From NCBI GenBank assembly GCA_010909165.1, contig VJWM01000151.1, positions 248,001-312,000 on the forward strand: a stretch of DNA of 64,000 nucleotides, given 5' to 3'. Positions 36,421 through 50,325 of this stretch are shown in pieces. A program made the translations under genes and the position numbers. Source of the DNA: Anthoceros angustus (Eukaryota > Plantae > Anthocerotophyta). Every line of letters starts with the position of its first letter. Position 1 is the stretch's first letter. The notes under the pieces are model-generated. The model saw only the letters and a program-made list of their open reading frames with translations, did no database searches and was not told where the DNA came from.

Positions 36421-37277
36421 TGTTGCAGAAGTTGTGTTGTGGGACAGGCCTGGAACAGTGGAATGCTTGTATGTAGCAGGAAATGGAACAATTTATAGTG
36501 AGGACGGGATAAGGAGCAGCTGTACACGACGATGGACCCAGGACGCAAACATTTTTTAGTGTTACAAGGCTGAATGGCCAGTGTTGATATTCCGTCCAAG
36601 CGTGAAGGAATGTCAGAAATTCGGTTGGTCTACACTGGCTCCGTCCTCTTCGGCGCGTGTGGAAACATCTTGGCTGACTCCTATGGAATGTGGCATTCAG
36701 AGCTCCCCATTTTTTAAAGGCATGCTACATGTACCGTTGAGAAGTTCGGCGTTACAGCTCTTGACATCTGTGTCCAAGCTCCTCAAGGTTGTCAGACTTC
36801 CCATGTGCAGGGATCGAGACTGCGAAGTTTCGTCTTACGACATTGAAGAATGCGCGTGCTCTGACATGGATGGCGTTTGAGCTGTCGTCCGCAGAGTCAC
36901 AGACCACGTTCTTAGGTATGTACATCCCTGGATCCTCACTTAGATCTGTATGTGTACGTAGCCCTTCGTCAAAGTATCTTTTGTCTTGTTTCTATAGTTA
37001 TATTTTACCACTACGTTAGACCCTAGATTCCGACAGGCGTACATAGTATTCAATGTGCCAAGCCGTAAAAATCAGGTGGCCAGGTGCGGGGCCCGCTGAC
37101 ATTGGTGTACTTCATGCTGCATGTCTTTCACATTGCCATTAACATCCATGTCGTAGAGAAATCGTATACGGTCCACCACTTCACCGGCCACCGGCTCCAT
37201 TGGACACGGGCTCGTTTGAGCGGCATTTTTGTCTTTTGAATCTAACCTAACTGGAATGATAAGTTATGGAAACCTTA

Positions 37278-37421
<144 letters not shown>

Positions 37422-37685
37422 TTACACAGATCTAGCTAGTTCGAATTGGGAAACCTAATTTGGTTAGCTCGCAATGTGCCAAAATGAGTGTGGATTACCC
37501 GTGATGGCGGCAGTTCAGCAGCAAGCTTTCACCACTAAATGAGTGTGAGGTTAAGCGAGATGGTGGAAGTTGACTTGTCAAGGGATTGTCCCTTTTCCAT
37601 TGAAGCGCCACAGCCCGGACTATTTCGAGATTGCCACCTTTCATGGCAGAAATTACTATACAAGCATTCTTCAGCTCCATGACGT

Positions 37686-39800
37686 GTGAAGGAGGCCCGA
37701 GTTGCACACATTCCTTGGGAACGTGTGCAAGATTTCGTTGGCGGAATGAATAGCTATAGTGGAGCACCAACCAATTTTGCAAGAGTCTGGACAAAGGGTC
37801 CGAGCCAGTTGTCACAAACCAATCAGCCAAAGGCAGATTCATCAATCTTGGCAGTCAGGTTTGTTTCATTTTGGTTTGTGCAATTGCTTGATGTCCTTTT
37901 TGCTTCTCATGGATCATTGTGTCTTCAAGCGCTTGTCTTTCATAGCTCCTAACTTTCTCCAGTAGTTTGGAATCTTGACAAGTTATACACCAATCTGTTT
38001 GTCTTGCTGAGACGATTCTAACGATATCTTTTTTGTTGAATTCTGAAAAGATTTGCGCAAGATACTGACTTCAAACGTTTTCCTACTATAGCATTATTTG
38101 ATATGACATGCCTTTCACGTCTGATTCCTTTCTCCAGTCGTTATGAATCTTGTCACGTTATATACCATTTTGTAGCTCTCAACGAGATGAACAGAACGGT
38201 ATACTTTGTGTATAGTTTTGGTATGAGTTGACAAGGTTTCTGTCTGTAAACGCTTTTTCCACCTTACCATGACTTCTAGATTCAAAGGTTTCTCACTGGT
38301 GTGTTGCTTGATCAGGTACTGGTGTGGTTACGGGCCTGGGGATTACCGTTGGTTTTGATTTGTGCAATTGCTTGATGTCCTTTTTGCTTCTCATGGATCA
38401 TTGTGTCTTCAAGCGCTTGTCTTTCATAGCTCCTAACTTTCTCCAGTAGTTTGGAATCTTGACAACTCATACACCAATCTGTTCGTCTTGCTGAGACGAT
38501 TCTAACGATATCTTTTTTGTTGAATTCTGAAAAGGTTTGCGCAAGATACTGACTTCAAACGTTTTCCTACAATAGCATTATTTGATATGACATGCCTTTC
38601 ACGTCTGATTCCTTTCTCCAGTCGTTATGAATCTTATCATGTTATATACCATTTTGTAGCTCTCAACGAGATGAACAGAATGGTATGCTTTGTGTGTAGT
38701 TTTGATATGAGTTGACAAGGATTCTGTCTGTAAACGCTTTTTCCAACTTACCATGACTTCTAGATTCAAAGGTTTCTCACTGGTGTGTCGCTTGATCAGG
38801 TACTGGTGTGGTTACGGGCCTGAGGATTATTGTTCTACCATGCAAGCTGTTGTTCAGCATCCTCCTCTCCCTAACAAAAGGCGGTCACGGCTAGCTGCTG
38901 GAGAGAGCATCAAACATGGGTGTCAGGCTAGTTTTACTGTGAAAAGGTTGTATTTGTGGCCATCTGTTGCTCAGATTTTGCTCTATGAAAGTAGACATGT
39001 TGATGTCCGGGGTCTAGTTTGTCATGGTCCATCTTACACAGGCATAGTTCGAGATATTAGAGCCCCACATTTGTCAGCGGAGAAGAAAGCTTGGGTGAGA
39101 CATTGTTTACATTGTCACGTGTCTGTTGATGAGATTTTGCGACGTCATCAACTTTCAGTTGTAGCTAAATGTTGTCCCTCTGTTTTATCAATTCATGAGG
39201 CCCCCTATGTGAAGGTAAGGGATGACTTCCTCACACGGGATGATGTCTACAATATAGCTAGGGAGGTGGAGAAAAATGAGTGGAGGTATCATGAGGACGA
39301 TAACCTTAGTGTAGGGATGTGGATGCAATTACATGCAGGGTATGTGTTTCATAGGTCTGTGGAGGGAGAGCCTTTTGCCTAGGCTTGCAAACATCCTTCA
39401 TGTTGAGATTTAAAGATGGACACAATAACATTTGCTATGGACTCCACTTTTGGAGTAAACAAATATAAGTACCAGCTATTTACTGTCATGGTGTTCGACC
39501 GACATCAGAATGGAATACCAGTTGCATGGGCTCTCACGCAGGAAGCGACCACAAGAGCTTTAGTTCCATGGCTTACTTCTTTACGCTTGAGAGTTCTTCA
39601 GTCAACTCCAGATTGGTTGCCATCCGCATTCTTGGTTGATGATTGTGCTACAGAGATAGGTGCTTTAAGGGAGGTCTGGTCACGGGATGTGCCGATCTTC
39701 TTGTGCTTGTGGCACGTTCGCCGTGCCTGGCTACAAAATTTGTTGAAGAAGGTTAAGAATGTGCACGACAGACAAGCTATGTGGGTTGAGTTAGGTCAAA
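37686..39800 (+). mobile_element. Mutator-like (MULE) transposase, intron-containing and 3'-truncated by an insertion
   Basis: ARVAHIPWERV, YWCGYGPED, GCQASFTVKRL, MDSTFGVNKYKYQLFTVMVFD..NGIPVAW, FLVDD, LCLWHVRRAW. The reading frame breaks abruptly at ~39800. Confidence 0.85.
37871..38830. repeat. ~485-bp tandem duplication of the MULE intron and exon start
   Basis: tttgtgcaattgcttgatgtcc...gatcaggtactggtgtggttacgggcctg occurs twice. Confidence 0.88.
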
Positions 39801-42287
39801 CAAGGTCTCCTAAGAAGTAGAGACGGATCCTCGTCTCTAATTTTGAGGGTGTGAAAACGGGGTTTGTTTCTAAACGCAGTATTAGGCTCTTTTAAAATTC
39901 TACTTAAAATGATGTATGAAGAATGAAGAGTTTTCAAATGAAACCGCATTTCAAGGTTTGTTTACTAATTTTTCCTTTTTTCCTCTATACTATATGACCT
40001 ACCCTTAAAAACACGCAAGATTTGAAGATAACACCGATGTGGGGTCCGCTTTGCACATTTTCACACCAGCCAAGATTTCAATAAGCGCTCACATAAGCGC
40101 TCACATAATAAATAGGAAAGTGTTTAAGCCGCTCACATCAGAATAGGAAAGTGGTGGAACGATTCAACAAATGAAACGACTCGACCGGACATCCGGCGCA
40201 GCGCACACCGCTCAGCCAGGAGTCAAAAGGGTTTTGATTTAAATATCCGGACACGGTAAACGCTACGCACGCGTATGATGCCTCGGTGCTTCGAGCCGAA
40301 TCTCGCCTTCATCGCTGTGGACATGGCGCTGCCTCGCCATTGGCCGTTGAATAGCACGAATGTGTTCACCCCATCGCCTCGCACTCATCCAAAGTGCTTC
40401 GCCCGCGCACAACCGGGTCTTGTTCGATGGGGTTTTGATGCAAAGCCATTCCGCTAATTGCGCACATGCTCCACAACGCGGAGATTTGGAATGGCCGCGC
40501 CTCAAGGATTTGGTTCACCATCATGTCGTGGCACGACAATGTGCCGTCGCAGATATGGGTAAACAAGGAATGAGTAAAAGGATCAGCAAAGGTGGTCATC
40601 CACCCGCTTCGATTTACCAATCACCGCTTCGATTGTCAATGAGCAAATGTTTCAAAGATCCTCCGTGAAGAGTGCCAATGCTCAAACATGAATGCCGGAG
40701 GGCTAGCAAGGCCACGCTCAGTAACGGATAGCACCGGACAGGCGCAAGACCGGCCATCCTGTCGAGGTTGGTGTGCCGTATATGTATGCCTCTACTACAA
40801 GTCAAAGCACAAATCTATTCTTCACGAGTCCAACAAGTAAAACGCAACTATGCTTGTCAATCGTCCTCCACGACATCCCCACCAAACGATTCGATGTTAG
40901 ATATTGTTTCGCTGTCCACCCATGCGCGGGGAGTCCACCGGTGGATCATACTTTGGCCAACGACTCAATGGGAGCTCGCTTCTTCCCCATCATCGTGCCC
41001 AAATGCGAGTGCCGCACCTGTGTCATCGCTCGCACGCTGCCTCGCCCATGACGCTCAGCTTTCTCACCATCCGCCAATGCACCGCACACATCTCCCACAA
41101 CACCAAACATCGTGGGCTCTATCACATCTCCGGATGTGGCTCTCTTGCCGAATGCACGCCGCTGTGAGCCACAAATCGCCTCGCCACCGCTGAGTTCACC
41201 ATCGCCTATGCTAAACGCCTTGGGTCCCGTGATAGCCTCTCGATCTCTCCCACCTCCTCCTCCTCGCTCGCCAAAGGCCCAAATTATTCAACAGAGATCC
41301 ATGAACCGAATCGCCTGGGATCCACGCCTATTGAAATGACATCGCGCCTGCACTTGATAGTCGCAACCATTCCCCGACCTGTGAGCCTCGTGATACCCTG
41401 CCTAAGACCCACTCGCCCATAATCAGATAGCTCAATGAGCTTCTTCAACAACTGATGGGCTTTTGATATGGGCATACCACCTTATCATCTCGTGTTATAA
41501 CACAAATTTATGTTCCATCGCTTTTCTCGAAAAGCAAGATGTCAACCCTTTCCATCTTTCATAACAAATGCAGCAAAGACCGAGAGAGAAATGTTACGGC
41601 TGACAATCCTGCTTGAGGGCGCCTGCCCCCGTGGTGATGTAATCACCTGCATCATACAACTTGTCCGTTCCAGCGGCTTTCACATTGGTTTTGTGCCAGA
41701 AGCATGAACTGACACCTCCTTTACATGTTGCAAGCAATACATCCCGGACCATTGACATATCATCTGGCGAATGCCATCCACTTGTACTCTTCCTTCAGTG
41801 GGTACAGATGAGACAGACGGGACCTTGCCTGGAAAGAATGATTACCCCCCAAAAAACCTGTACACACCTTGGTCCACCTTCTCAACGTCGAAATTGCTTG
41901 TCAAGACACCGTGAAGGATCGACTATCACAACCATTGGCAAGACACCACCACCCAGGATGTTGTTTCATCTTTTGCATCAAAGCCTCCACCCAAGCGAGA
42001 TCCAGCTTCTCACCGCCGCCTCACACAGCTTCCTCCGTGGTTTGCAACACTTGATTGGCAGCTTCAAAGTAGACTCCCAAACTCGTTTGATAGCAATACC
42101 GCCCTTCTACGTCCCGCTTGTATCCGCCTTATTGCAGAAGGTCATTATCGAAGCGACCGCTACTGCCCTTAGCTTTCCACAAACCGGGCAGGGTTCATCC
42201 TCCTCTTCTTCTTCGCTCTCCTCCACAATTGTGCTTCCCTTGTTTCCCTTTGATTTCTTGGCTTTCCCATTGTCGGCACCACCCGCC

Positions 42288-44030
42288 CGAACTGCTTTGC
42301 CAACAAAAGCTCCTCCTCTCTTCCTTCCTTGCACTTCCCGACGATGGGGACTCGCTTGTACCCTTCTACGATCCAACACAGCCCGCTAGACCTCCGTGAG
42401 CAATCACGGATGGGGAGAACCTCGAGATCGTCTTCTTCGTACCGCCAAGCGCTTCCTTCGTCGCAGAGCCACCTTCGCATCCCGATCGCCTTCCGACTCG
42501 TCCGCAAAATACCATCCGAAATGCCTCATTGTCCTCACCGCCGCCCTCGTGTCCTCGCTGCATCTTAGGCTTCCTTCCCTTTGCCGCGGATGAGTTATGC
42601 GCATGGGGGTCACTAAGTCCGCTGCCCGCCAAAACCCGGACGTCCGGCCGGTCGGGCACATCCGGGCATCACCAGCTGTGCGACACGATGAGACGCAATG
42701 CGCCGGGCTCACCGCCATGACCCATGTATCTTAGCCAACGCCAAACATTTGCGTAATCTTTATTCCTTGATGCTTTCTAAGCAAAGGATTGCTGGGTTGT
42801 TTCTCAACAGTATGCACCGTGGGTTGTTTCAATATTTGCACCGTAGTAAGCATACCATCTTCTCCATTGTCATGCACCACCCTCCGAACTGCTTTCAACA
42901 AAAGCTCCTCCTCTCTTCCTTCCCTTGGACTTCACGATGGGGACTCGCTTGTACCCTTCTACGATCCAACACATTAGACCTCCGTGAGCAATCACGGATG
43001 GGGAGAGAACCTCGAGATCGCCTTCTTCACCGCCGCCAAGGCCCTCTTCGCACCTTCGCATCCCGATCGCCTTCCGACTCGTCCGCAAAATACCATCCGG
43101 AAATGCCTCATTGTCCTCACCGCCGCCCTCGTGTCCTCGCTGCATCTTAGGCTTCCTTCCCTTTGCCGCGGATGAGTTATGCGCATGGGGGTCACTAAGT
43201 CCGCTGCCCGCCAAAACCCGGACGTCCGGCCGGTCGGGCACATCCGGGCATCACCAGCTGTGCGACACGATGAGACGCAATGCGCCGGGCTCACCGCCAT
43301 GACCCATGTATCTTAGCCAACGCCAAACATTTGCGTAATCTTTATTCCTTGATGCTTTCTAAGCAAAGGATTGCTGGGTTGTTTCTCAACAGTATGCACC
43401 GTGGGTTGTTTCAATATTTGCACCGTAGTAAGCATACCATCTTCTCCATTGTCATGCACCACCCTCCGAACTGCTTTCAACAAAAGCTCCTCCTCTCTTC
43501 CTTCCCTTGGACTTCACGATGGGGACTCGCTTGTACCCTTCTACGATCCAACACATTAGACCTCCGTGAGCAATCACGGATGGGGAGAGAACCTCGAGAT
43601 CGCCTTTCTTCACGCCGCCAAGGCCCTCTTCGCACCTTCGCATCCCGATCGCCTTCCGACTCGTCCGCAAAATACCATCCGGAAATGCCTCATTGTCCTC
43701 ACCGCCGCCCTCGTGTCCTCGCTGCATCTGCTAGGCTTCCTTCCGCGCGGATGAGTTATGCGCATGGGGGTCACCAAGTCCGGCTCCAAAACCCGGACGT
43801 CCGGCCGGTCGGGCACATCCGGGCATCACCACCGTGCATGACGATGAGACGCAATGCGCCGGGCTCACCGCCATGACCCATGCATCGCTAGCCAACGCCA
43901 AACATTTGCGTAATCTTTATTCCTGGGATGCTTTCTAAGCAGTGGATTGCTGGGTTGTTTCTCAGCGTATGCACGGTGGGTTGTTTCCCAATATTTGCAC
44001 AGTAGTAAGCATACCATCTTCTCCATTGCT
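42288..44030. repeat. Three-copy ~580-bp tandem duplication
   Basis: Near-identical ORFs recur 582 bp apart (42698/43280, 42529/43111). Confidence 0.88.
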
Positions 44031-44861
44031 GGGCTGCATCCTTGCAGATGCCCTTGTTGGTTGCTTCTCGCCAGCCTGGTAATTGCTTCGGCGATGAACC
44101 GTGGGTTGCTTCGCACCGCAGATGCATTTCACCGGTACGGTCCACATGCACCGCCACGCCATCGTGAGTATCCCGCCGGCGGATGCACCCCGCCTGGCCG
44201 CCATACCGGGTGGCGACCGGAAGTCGACCGCTTTAGCTCCACTAACGGTTTGCCTCACTCCTTCTAAACAAATTTGGTGTATAACCTTGTGGAACACAAT
44301 GTACCCATCATTGGCTCTCAACCCCGCAGCAGCCTCACGGACACCTCCTACCGGCAAGACACACATCAAAAGTCTTGATCGCACCGAGTAGACGCGAACG
44401 ACATTGGGGTCGTTTCGAAGTGTGGTCGCCTTCTGTGCAGTGAAAATTACGCACTGGTCATTCTTCTCAACGAATCTGTGAATGTAATCGCCCGACATGA
44501 AGACTTTGAATCGGACCGTGGTGCACCCATAATGTACACATACACCATCCAGGGACGCTACGCCTGTGTCTTGTCCGAGATGTCGAATCTGAGAGTGCTC
44601 CATAAACAACTTTCTCAACATATCGATTTCCGCCTTGTAAGGACTTTGAAACGATGCTCGCTGGAGTTGATGTGGTGGGGCGTCACCACCGCCGTGTTCT
44701 CGCATGCCGGGGTCTTGGTCTGGACTCGTAGCGCTTCCATCCGGGCTCGCGAATCAACGGCCTTACGCCGTGCCGTTTTGTCCGCCACTGCACTCCTTCT
44801 CCATCGTGAGCATTGTTCCGCTTCTTCTTTAGAGGGCCATCTGTATAAATTGAGCACCGGT

Positions 44862-46940
44862 CATCTCAAGGGTCTATGAGCACCTAATCGGAATGCAATG
44901 GTGAATCAAGAGCAAGAAACAACCTCTCCACTGTCGACCCCGATGTCCGGCAATGACACCAACTTCGTGATTTATGTACCACCCCGCCACACTCCTATGG
45001 TTCTCGCATGCGGACAACAATACTATGAGAATGTGCCTCTATACCCGCCAGATTTAATCCATTTTTGGCGCCAAATTCAGTCTTCCCGCGCAATAGACGA
45101 CTGCATGATGGCTCATGGCAACTAGATCGCGGATCGGCATGTGTGGACTGCATGAATCGCGCAGATACTTGCGAAGGTGGTGGCGCATTTTGCCAAGTTT
45201 AGCCGGGTCAGTGGCTCAACTGTCACAACAAGGAATACAACATACTTCCACGAATATTCTGGGTTTTGCCAGCCAAAATCGCCGCCATTTGCATAACATC
45301 CGACGCCTCGATCATGGCAATCATTTGTGGCATTTAACGGTTCACCGCCATGAGTCAGAAGCCGCAAATCTCACATCCGTGTTTATCGACGCCGGTCATT
45401 GCGGTCCAAAGATCCGAGATATTTAGAAGTCACATCTTAGAAACCCCGACGCTATGCGTGTCTTCGACTCGAGCACATTGCGACCATCATCGCTGGCTTG
45501 TCTCGTAGCACGATGGCTAACGACCCAAGCGCAGAGGAGGAGTTCTTTGATTTGGTAAACGATGTAATAGTTCCAATGATGCATCTCGGACATGTGTCCG
45601 AGTCCGAGATAGTGGACTTGGCGCGGTGGCCTCGACAGACTTCCATGTCGACGACCTCGCACCGTGTCGATTCCATCTTAGTAGACATTGCTGCACACCG
45701 AGTTGAACCCCGGACGTCCGGTGATGGCTTGCCCGCAGCACGGGAGCGTAACTGAGCACGACATGGCCTTAGATGAAACGGACCTGCAGGGTGATACATC
45801 AAACGTGGCCGCAAGCGATGGAGATTTGCTCTTGTTTGATCCTGGATGGACACCAGAACGGGCCAATGGGATCAAGAAGAAATCGCGGCCCATGTGGACC
45901 GGGTGGCCCGCGCCCGGCTGGCCATCTGATAATTGAGCAAGTGTGTCTCAAGGGTCTATGAGCACCTAATCGGAATGCAATGGTGAATCAAGAGCAAGAA
46001 ACAACCTCTCCACTCCCCGGCGTCCCAAGACACCAACTTCGTGACGATGTACCACCCCGCCAACACACTCCTATGGTTCTCGCGGACAACAATACTATGA
46101 GAATGTGCCTCTATACCCGCCAGATTTAATCCATTTTGGCGCCAAATTCAGTCTTCCCGCACAGACGAATCGCATGATGGCTCATGGCAACTAGATCGTG
46201 ATCGCATGTGCAGACTCGCATGAATCGCGCAGACGGTCGAAATTGCAAAGGTGGTGGCGCGCATTTTGCCAAGTTTAGCTCCGGGCTCAACTGTCACAAC
46301 AAGGAATACAAGATACTTCCACAATATTCGGTTTTGCCACCGCCAAAATCGCCATTTGCATAACATCCGACGCCTCGATGGCAATCATTTGTGGCATTTA
46401 ACGGTCTATGAGCCGCAAATCTCACATCCGTGTTTATCGACGCCGGTCATTGCGGTCCAAAGATCCGAGATATTTAGTAGTCACATCTTAGAAACCCCGA
46501 CGCTATGTCTTCGACTCGAGCATTGCGACCATCATCTGGCTTGTCTCGTAGCACGCGATGGCTAACGACCTAAGCGCAGAGGAGGAGTTCTTTGATTTGG
46601 TAAACGATGTAATAGTTCCAATGATGCGGATCTCGACATGTGTCCGAGTCCGAGATAGTGGACTTGGCGGCGTGGCCTCGACAGACTTCCATGTCGAACC
46701 TCGCACCGTGTCGATTCCATCTTAGTAGACATTGCCGCATGCACCGAGTTGAACCCCGGACGTCCGGTGATGGCTTGCCCGCAGCACGGGAGCGTAACTG
46801 AGCACGACATGGCCTTAGATGAAACGGACTGCAGGGTGATACATCGGACGTGGCCGCAAGCGATGGAGATTTGCTCTGTTTGATCCTCGGATGGACACGA
46901 ACGGGCCAAAGGGATCAAGAAGAAATCGCGCCCATGGGAC
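44862..46940. repeat. ~1.08-kb tandem duplication
   Basis: tctcaagggtctatgagcacctaatcgg at ~44864 and ~45946; the second copy is indel-rich. Confidence 0.88.
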
Positions 46941-49900
46941 GCCCGGCCATTGGAGAGGCCTCGATATCCACATCCTGACAGACGCAATCTGGGCCCGCCT
47001 CGACAGCCTGCCCCCGGCACTGTGTACCCGGGTTTGTTCAAGTCACCAGGAGCGAAGAAATTGGCCAGGATGTTCTGTTCTGATCCAAGTCCGCGGTCGA
47101 AGCGGATTTCTCCGGGGCGCCCAGCTGGAGACAAGGTGGCGCCAACAACAAACCCATTTTGTGCGTCGCAGGAGTACTATCAACCTTGCGTCACACCAGG
47201 AACCACTCATGAGAACAAAGACGGATTCTCAATCGAGAGTATTGCCGAGTCTCCTGGATTGTGGTGAGATTGTGCATGAGATCGTGGATTTTGGATTGCA
47301 ATATGCACCGTGGGTCACGAAGGCACTAGTAGAGGAAGGACACGGAGATCACATCCGTACGCGACCCAATTGCACTGCTCGGAGATGTGAAATCACCGAC
47401 CACGTTACATTTGCCGAAATGCTGCCTCCGCTAATCCTAAGTCTAAAGGGCCGGAGTTGCATTCCGTGGCGGTGTGTTCCACCAAGAACCGCAGCAAGAG
47501 TTAAGTCGGATCACGTTCGACGAAGCAATCGACGGAGCTATGTGCACTGAGAAGGCGGTCGGGAAAAAGTGCTTAGGCCGGAAGTGGCAAACTCAAGTCG
47601 ATCCGTGTGTCCTTTTTTCCATGACGCAAGGGAGCAGGAACAGCATTTACAAGACCTTATTGATATGGTGGAGGACGAGGAAACGGTGTGGTGACCGGAT
47701 GGGTGAACAAGGTACCACATGGGAAGGTTCCGATATGTGTCAGGGCATTCTGCCGGGTGTTCTGCATTGGAGCACTGCGGTACCGGAATGCTCAAACCCG
47801 AGTACAAAAGGGAACCAGGTTTGCTGCTGAGGCAAGGCTTGGAAGAATCCCAACTTCATATGGTCTACAAGCTGTGATGTGGATGGATACATTTTTCAAA
47901 GGAAATGTGGAGAGACTACCCAACAGAGAAGTATTCAATCTGCCTGATACATTCACAAAGGAGGAGATTTTCATAGAGTATGCGCAACAAAGCTAGAACA
48001 ATTACCACACATGTATGTTACTTTATTTCGCAAGTCGTGGATACGCCACTTTGGTCGGTGAAGATTCCACGATGCAACTGCTTTTCAATATGTGCGACTG
48101 AAGGCGCACGGAAAAGTGCTTAGGCCGGCCGGAAGTGGCAAACTCAAGTCGATCCGTGTGTCCTTTTTTCCATGACGCAAGGGAGCAGGAACAAGATTTA
48201 CAAGACCTTATTGATATGGTGGAGGACGAGGAAACGGGTGGTGGACCGGATGGGTGAACAAGGTACCACATGGGAAGGTTCCGATATGTGTCGTGCATTC
48301 TCACGGTGTTCGTGATTGGAGCAGACGGAATGCTCAAACCCGAGTACAAAAGGGAACCAGTTTGTCACGAGGCAAGGCTTGGAAGAATCCCAACTTCATA
48401 TGGTCTACAAGTCGTGATGTGGATGGACATTTTCAAAGGAAATGTGGAGAGACTACTGAGAAGTATTCAATCCTGATACATTCACAAAGGAGGAGATTTT
48501 CATAGAGTATGCCGTGCAAAGGCTAGAACAATTACCACACATGTATGTTACATATTTCGCAAGTCGTGGATACGCCACTTTCGGTCGGTGAAGAATCCAC
48601 GATGCAACTGCTTTTCAAATGACTGCGTGAGGGGAGCAAGGTGAAGGCCGTGCATCCATCTTAGATATGTGGTTAAACAACGGATGTCCGGTGATTGGCA
48701 GCCTTTATGGGCAACCCAAAGCCCGTTTTAGGGTTTTGTACAAATATTTGCTCTTCCGCCTCCCAAGGAACGCTTGCCTTGACCCGGACTTGTACTCATG
48801 GTGCGCCTGCCTTGTATGTGCGCATGACACCGAGAGCTCCTTAATTACCACCGCGATCAACAATGTATGAGCGGGCGAAGATGGCGAAGCATCGCGGCAA
48901 GTGTATGGCTCAACCGACCAAGTACATTGGAATGGCGATAGATGGTATGGATCAAAAAACCGAGTTGCCTCATTTCCGTAGAGTGCCCAAGGATGTCGAT
49001 AATGCAGCCCTTGTCTCGCTCATGTGCTTGGGGTTTTGGTGTTTAGCAAATACATGCGGACTGTACCTAAGCTTCCCCAATATTCTAATGATCCTAACGG
49101 GACAATAGTGGTCCAGCATGTTATTAACAATTGGGAAGGCCACTTGCCTAAAATTCTATACCTCCGGATGGACAATCTGCCCGTAATAAGAATCAAGAGG
49201 TGTTGTGATGCGATGTTAGTGTCCAAGGGTATTTTCAAGAAGGTTAAAGTGGGCTTTTAATTGTTGGCCATACCCATGATCGATTGATCAAATGTTCTCC
49301 GCTTTCATAGTCAATCTAAAGGAGGCCTACACCTTGCCGAGAGCGATCGCTTGCCCGCAGAGGCGATACTCCATCACCGAATGTCTTCTCATGAAGGAAG
49401 TGCGACTTCAAGAAATATCTGTGGCCACCGGTGGTCCTCAACATTCGACGACAATCACACTTTCAACATCGCTTTAAGATAACTCGAGAAGAGTTGCCTA
49501 GTCACAGTATGTTACGGTGTTGAGGTGCAAGCACCTGCACTCGGACCCCGATGGTGGTGCACTGCTATGGATGGAGTACCAGAGGAGATTGTGGCAATGA
49601 GCTGGTGCCATTGCATGTGAGGGCGAAAGGCAAAGGGCAAAAGGAACATGCGACCGCCTCAGTCGCGGAGTGGAGGACAATAGGCGCTTAAAACGCCGAT
49701 GATGTTTTAATGATCAACAACTCACAGGTGGAAGCTCGGGAGGAGCAACTAGCAATAGCGGTGTGGTAGCCTCGTGCTCTCCTCCACCGGAAACCGCATG
49801 GACATGGTATAATAGAGGAGAGCAGACCACACCGAACCAAGATCCAGATGAAGTGGTAGTAGATGCCGCATTAGCAAGACGATATTCGGACAAGAGCGAG

Positions 49901-50325
49901 AGATTTACACAGTGCACACAGATCATCGCTAGACGACAACGTCGGAACAACAAAGACAGGGTCTATTGCGTAGATTGAAGGCATGATGCTTGCGACAGCA
50001 GCGGATGACCGAGGGCCGTCCTTTCGCTGGGTAAGGTTGTGGCGGTTGACCATGATGGTGTTGAACTGATAGCACAAGTGCATTGGTGGCGATCGAAACC
50101 AAAATGCACTGGACGGAAGGTACTGAAGAGTGGGTGCCATGCACCCCAACAAAGAGCCGGAGGAAAGGGAGACGGAACCCTTTGAAGAGGCATGTGCAAC
50201 CCATCAATCTAATGGAGACAACAATTATGGGTTATGATTTTGAGCTAACGAGGAACAGGACTTTGAGCAAAGACACAATGGAAATGTTGAAGAGAAAGAT
50301 CTTTGAGCTCGAGCGAGCCAAGTGA
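45512..50325 (+). pseudogene. Frameshifted Sola-like (DUF7869-type) DDD transposase
   Basis: Motifs PICVRAFC, ERLPN...LPDTFTK, KIPRCNCFS, PTKYIGMAIDGMDQ-KTELPHF, LPKILYLRMDN and GIFKKVKVGF.VGHTHD.IDQMFS. Confidence 0.7.

Noticed and set aside
40260-40900. Hints of SET (LRFTNH), Ulp1-protease or DNA-methyltransferase motifs
   Set aside because: The readings are mutually exclusive, lie on different strands and are interrupted by stops; none has a full motif set.
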